Assembly (NCBI GenBank): GCA_900321255.1
Contig: ONVK01000003.1
Coordinates: 1-57,685 of the forward strand
Source: an uncultured Lentisphaerota bacterium
Lineage (GTDB): Bacteria; Verrucomicrobiota; Kiritimatiellia; RFP12; UBA1067
Direction of reading: 5' to 3'
DNA: 57,685 nt
Shown here piece by piece: positions 56,552 through 57,685 of this stretch. Under the pieces are notes generated by a model. It did not search any database, was not told the origin of the DNA, and saw nothing but the letters and a program-made list of their open reading frames with translations. Position numbers and translations under genes: made by a program. Numbering within the stretch: the first letter of the stretch is position 1; the number at the start of each line of letters is the position of its first letter.

Positions 56552-57685
56552 ATGGCGGCACTAGACTGGATCATGATTCTTGCGTATTTCGGCGTTCTCG
56601 GCGGTGTTGTGTGGTGGAGCATGAGACGCAACAAGATCGAATCGGAGAAGGATCTCTTCCTTGGAGGCAGATCTGTCGGCTGGCTCGCCATCGGCGCGTC
56701 GATATTCGCGGCGAACATCGGCTCGGAGCACTTGATCGGCCTCGCGGGCTCCGGCGCGGTCGCGGGTCTTTCGCAGTCCCACTGGGAGTTCCATGCGTGG
56801 GTGCTCGTCATGATGAGCTGGGTGTTCCTGCCGTTCTACTACAACTCTGGCGTGTCGACCATGCCGGAGTTCCTTGAGCGGCGCTTCGGCGCGAGGGCGA
56901 GGTGGATACTCTCCCTTGTCTCGCTCGCCGCCTACGTGCTCACGAAGATTTCCGTCACGGTGTTCGCAGGCGCGCTGTTCTTCGAGGTGATGATGCCCGA
57001 AGTGCAGCTCACCATCGGCGGGACTGTCGTGAGCTCCTTCTGGATCGGCGCGGTCACGACGGTCATCCTCGCCGGGCTCTACTCCTCCCTCGGCGGGCTT
57101 TCCGCCGTCGTCTACACCGACCTCGTGCAGACAGGGATCATCCTCCTGGGCACTTTGTCCGTGACTGGCTTCGCGCTCTACCACCTCGGCCACTCCGGTG
57201 CCGTCCTTCCCGACGGGCAGACGGCGCAGGGGCTCTTAGACGGCTGGCAGGTTCTCAAGGCGACGATCAAGTCGACCGGCAACGTCGAGCAGTTCGGCCT
57301 CTGGCACTCGCTCTCGCACAAGGCCTTCCCGTGGCTCGGCGTCGTCGTGGCGTCTGCCACGATCGGCGTCTGGTACTGGTGCACAGACCAGTTCATCATC
57401 CAGCGCACGCTCGCCGCGAAGAACATGACGAACGCTCGCCGCGGCGCCATCTGGGGCGGCTTTTTGAAGCTTGCGCCCGTGTTCCTATTCCTCGTTCCCG
57501 GCATGCTCGGCTTCGCGCTGCACCACAACCACGTCGTAATCAACGGCGCGGCTTTTGCGATTCCGCTCAAGGAGTCCGGTGCGCTCAACGGCGACACCGT
57601 GTTCCCGACGCTCGTGCAGACGCTCCTCCCCGTCGGCTTCCGCGGGCTCGTCGTCGCCGGCATGATCGCGGCCCTCATGAGCTCG
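56552..57685 (+). CDS. Sodium:solute symporter (SSS/SGLT-like), runs off the window end
   Basis: MAALDW...FLGGR...GASIFAANIGSEHLIGLAGSG, TMPEFLERRF, YTD and WYWCTDQFIIQRTLAA; AAGGAG RBS. Missing from the ORF track because it has no stop in the window. Confidence 0.92.
   Translation, partial: MAALDWIMILAYFGVLGGVVWWSMRRNKIESEKDLFLGGRSVGWLAIGASIFAANIGSEHLIGLAGSGAVAGLSQSHWEFHAWVLVMMSWVFLPFYYNSGVSTMPEFLERRFGARARWILSLVSLAAYVLTKISVTVFAGALFFEVMMPEVQLTIGGTVVSSFWIGAVTTVILAGLYSSLGGLSAVVYTDLVQTGIILLGTLSVTGFALYHLGHSGAVLPDGQTAQGLLDGWQVLKATIKSTGNVEQFGLWHSLSHKAFPWLGVVVASATIGVWYWCTDQFIIQRTLAAKNMTNARRGAIWGGFLKLAPVFLFLVPGMLGFALHHNHVVINGAAFAIPLKESGALNGDTVFPTLVQTLLPVGFRGLVVAGMIAALMSS

Overview
High-GC, gene-dense chromosomal window. 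Almost all genes are on the + strand. The likely source is an anaerobic, fermentative, polysaccharide-using bacterium. The MurC-MurB fusion, the MoxR/vWA/DUF4175-like/prenyltransferase-repeat operon and a YdjY-like protein point to the PVC superphylum, e.g. Kiritimatiellota or Lentisphaerota (inference). In order, the window holds: the end of a NuoF-like + [FeFe]-hydrogenase (bifurcating type) operon; a GH127-like hydrolase; metX-metW fusion and cysE; and an 8-gene, translationally coupled cluster at 8294-17447. That cluster has five radical SAM enzymes (two cobalamin-binding, two paralogues with a C-terminal Cys motif, one resembling the tetraether-lipid-synthase/MJ0619 family), two GNAT-like proteins and a GH3 acyl-amido synthetase. 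It is the best candidate for an undescribed biosynthetic system. Downstream are a CBS-pyrophosphatase, transporters, two GH36/27-like genes (the first broken by an in-frame TAG), pgpA, trmB, tex, an aminotransferase, rarA, buk-pta, two SGNH esterases, a gene remnant, prs, pth and trpB2. These are followed by an FHA-MoxR/DUF58/vWA operon with a ~190-codon poly-Gln repeat protein, then tmk, holB, murC-murB, a DRTGG protein and a partial sodium:solute symporter. A recurring extended -10 motif (TGnTATAAT) marks most transcription units, and several appear leaderless. No rRNA, tRNA, CRISPR array, transposase or integrase was seen. All family calls come from motif recognition by eye, not from database searches.
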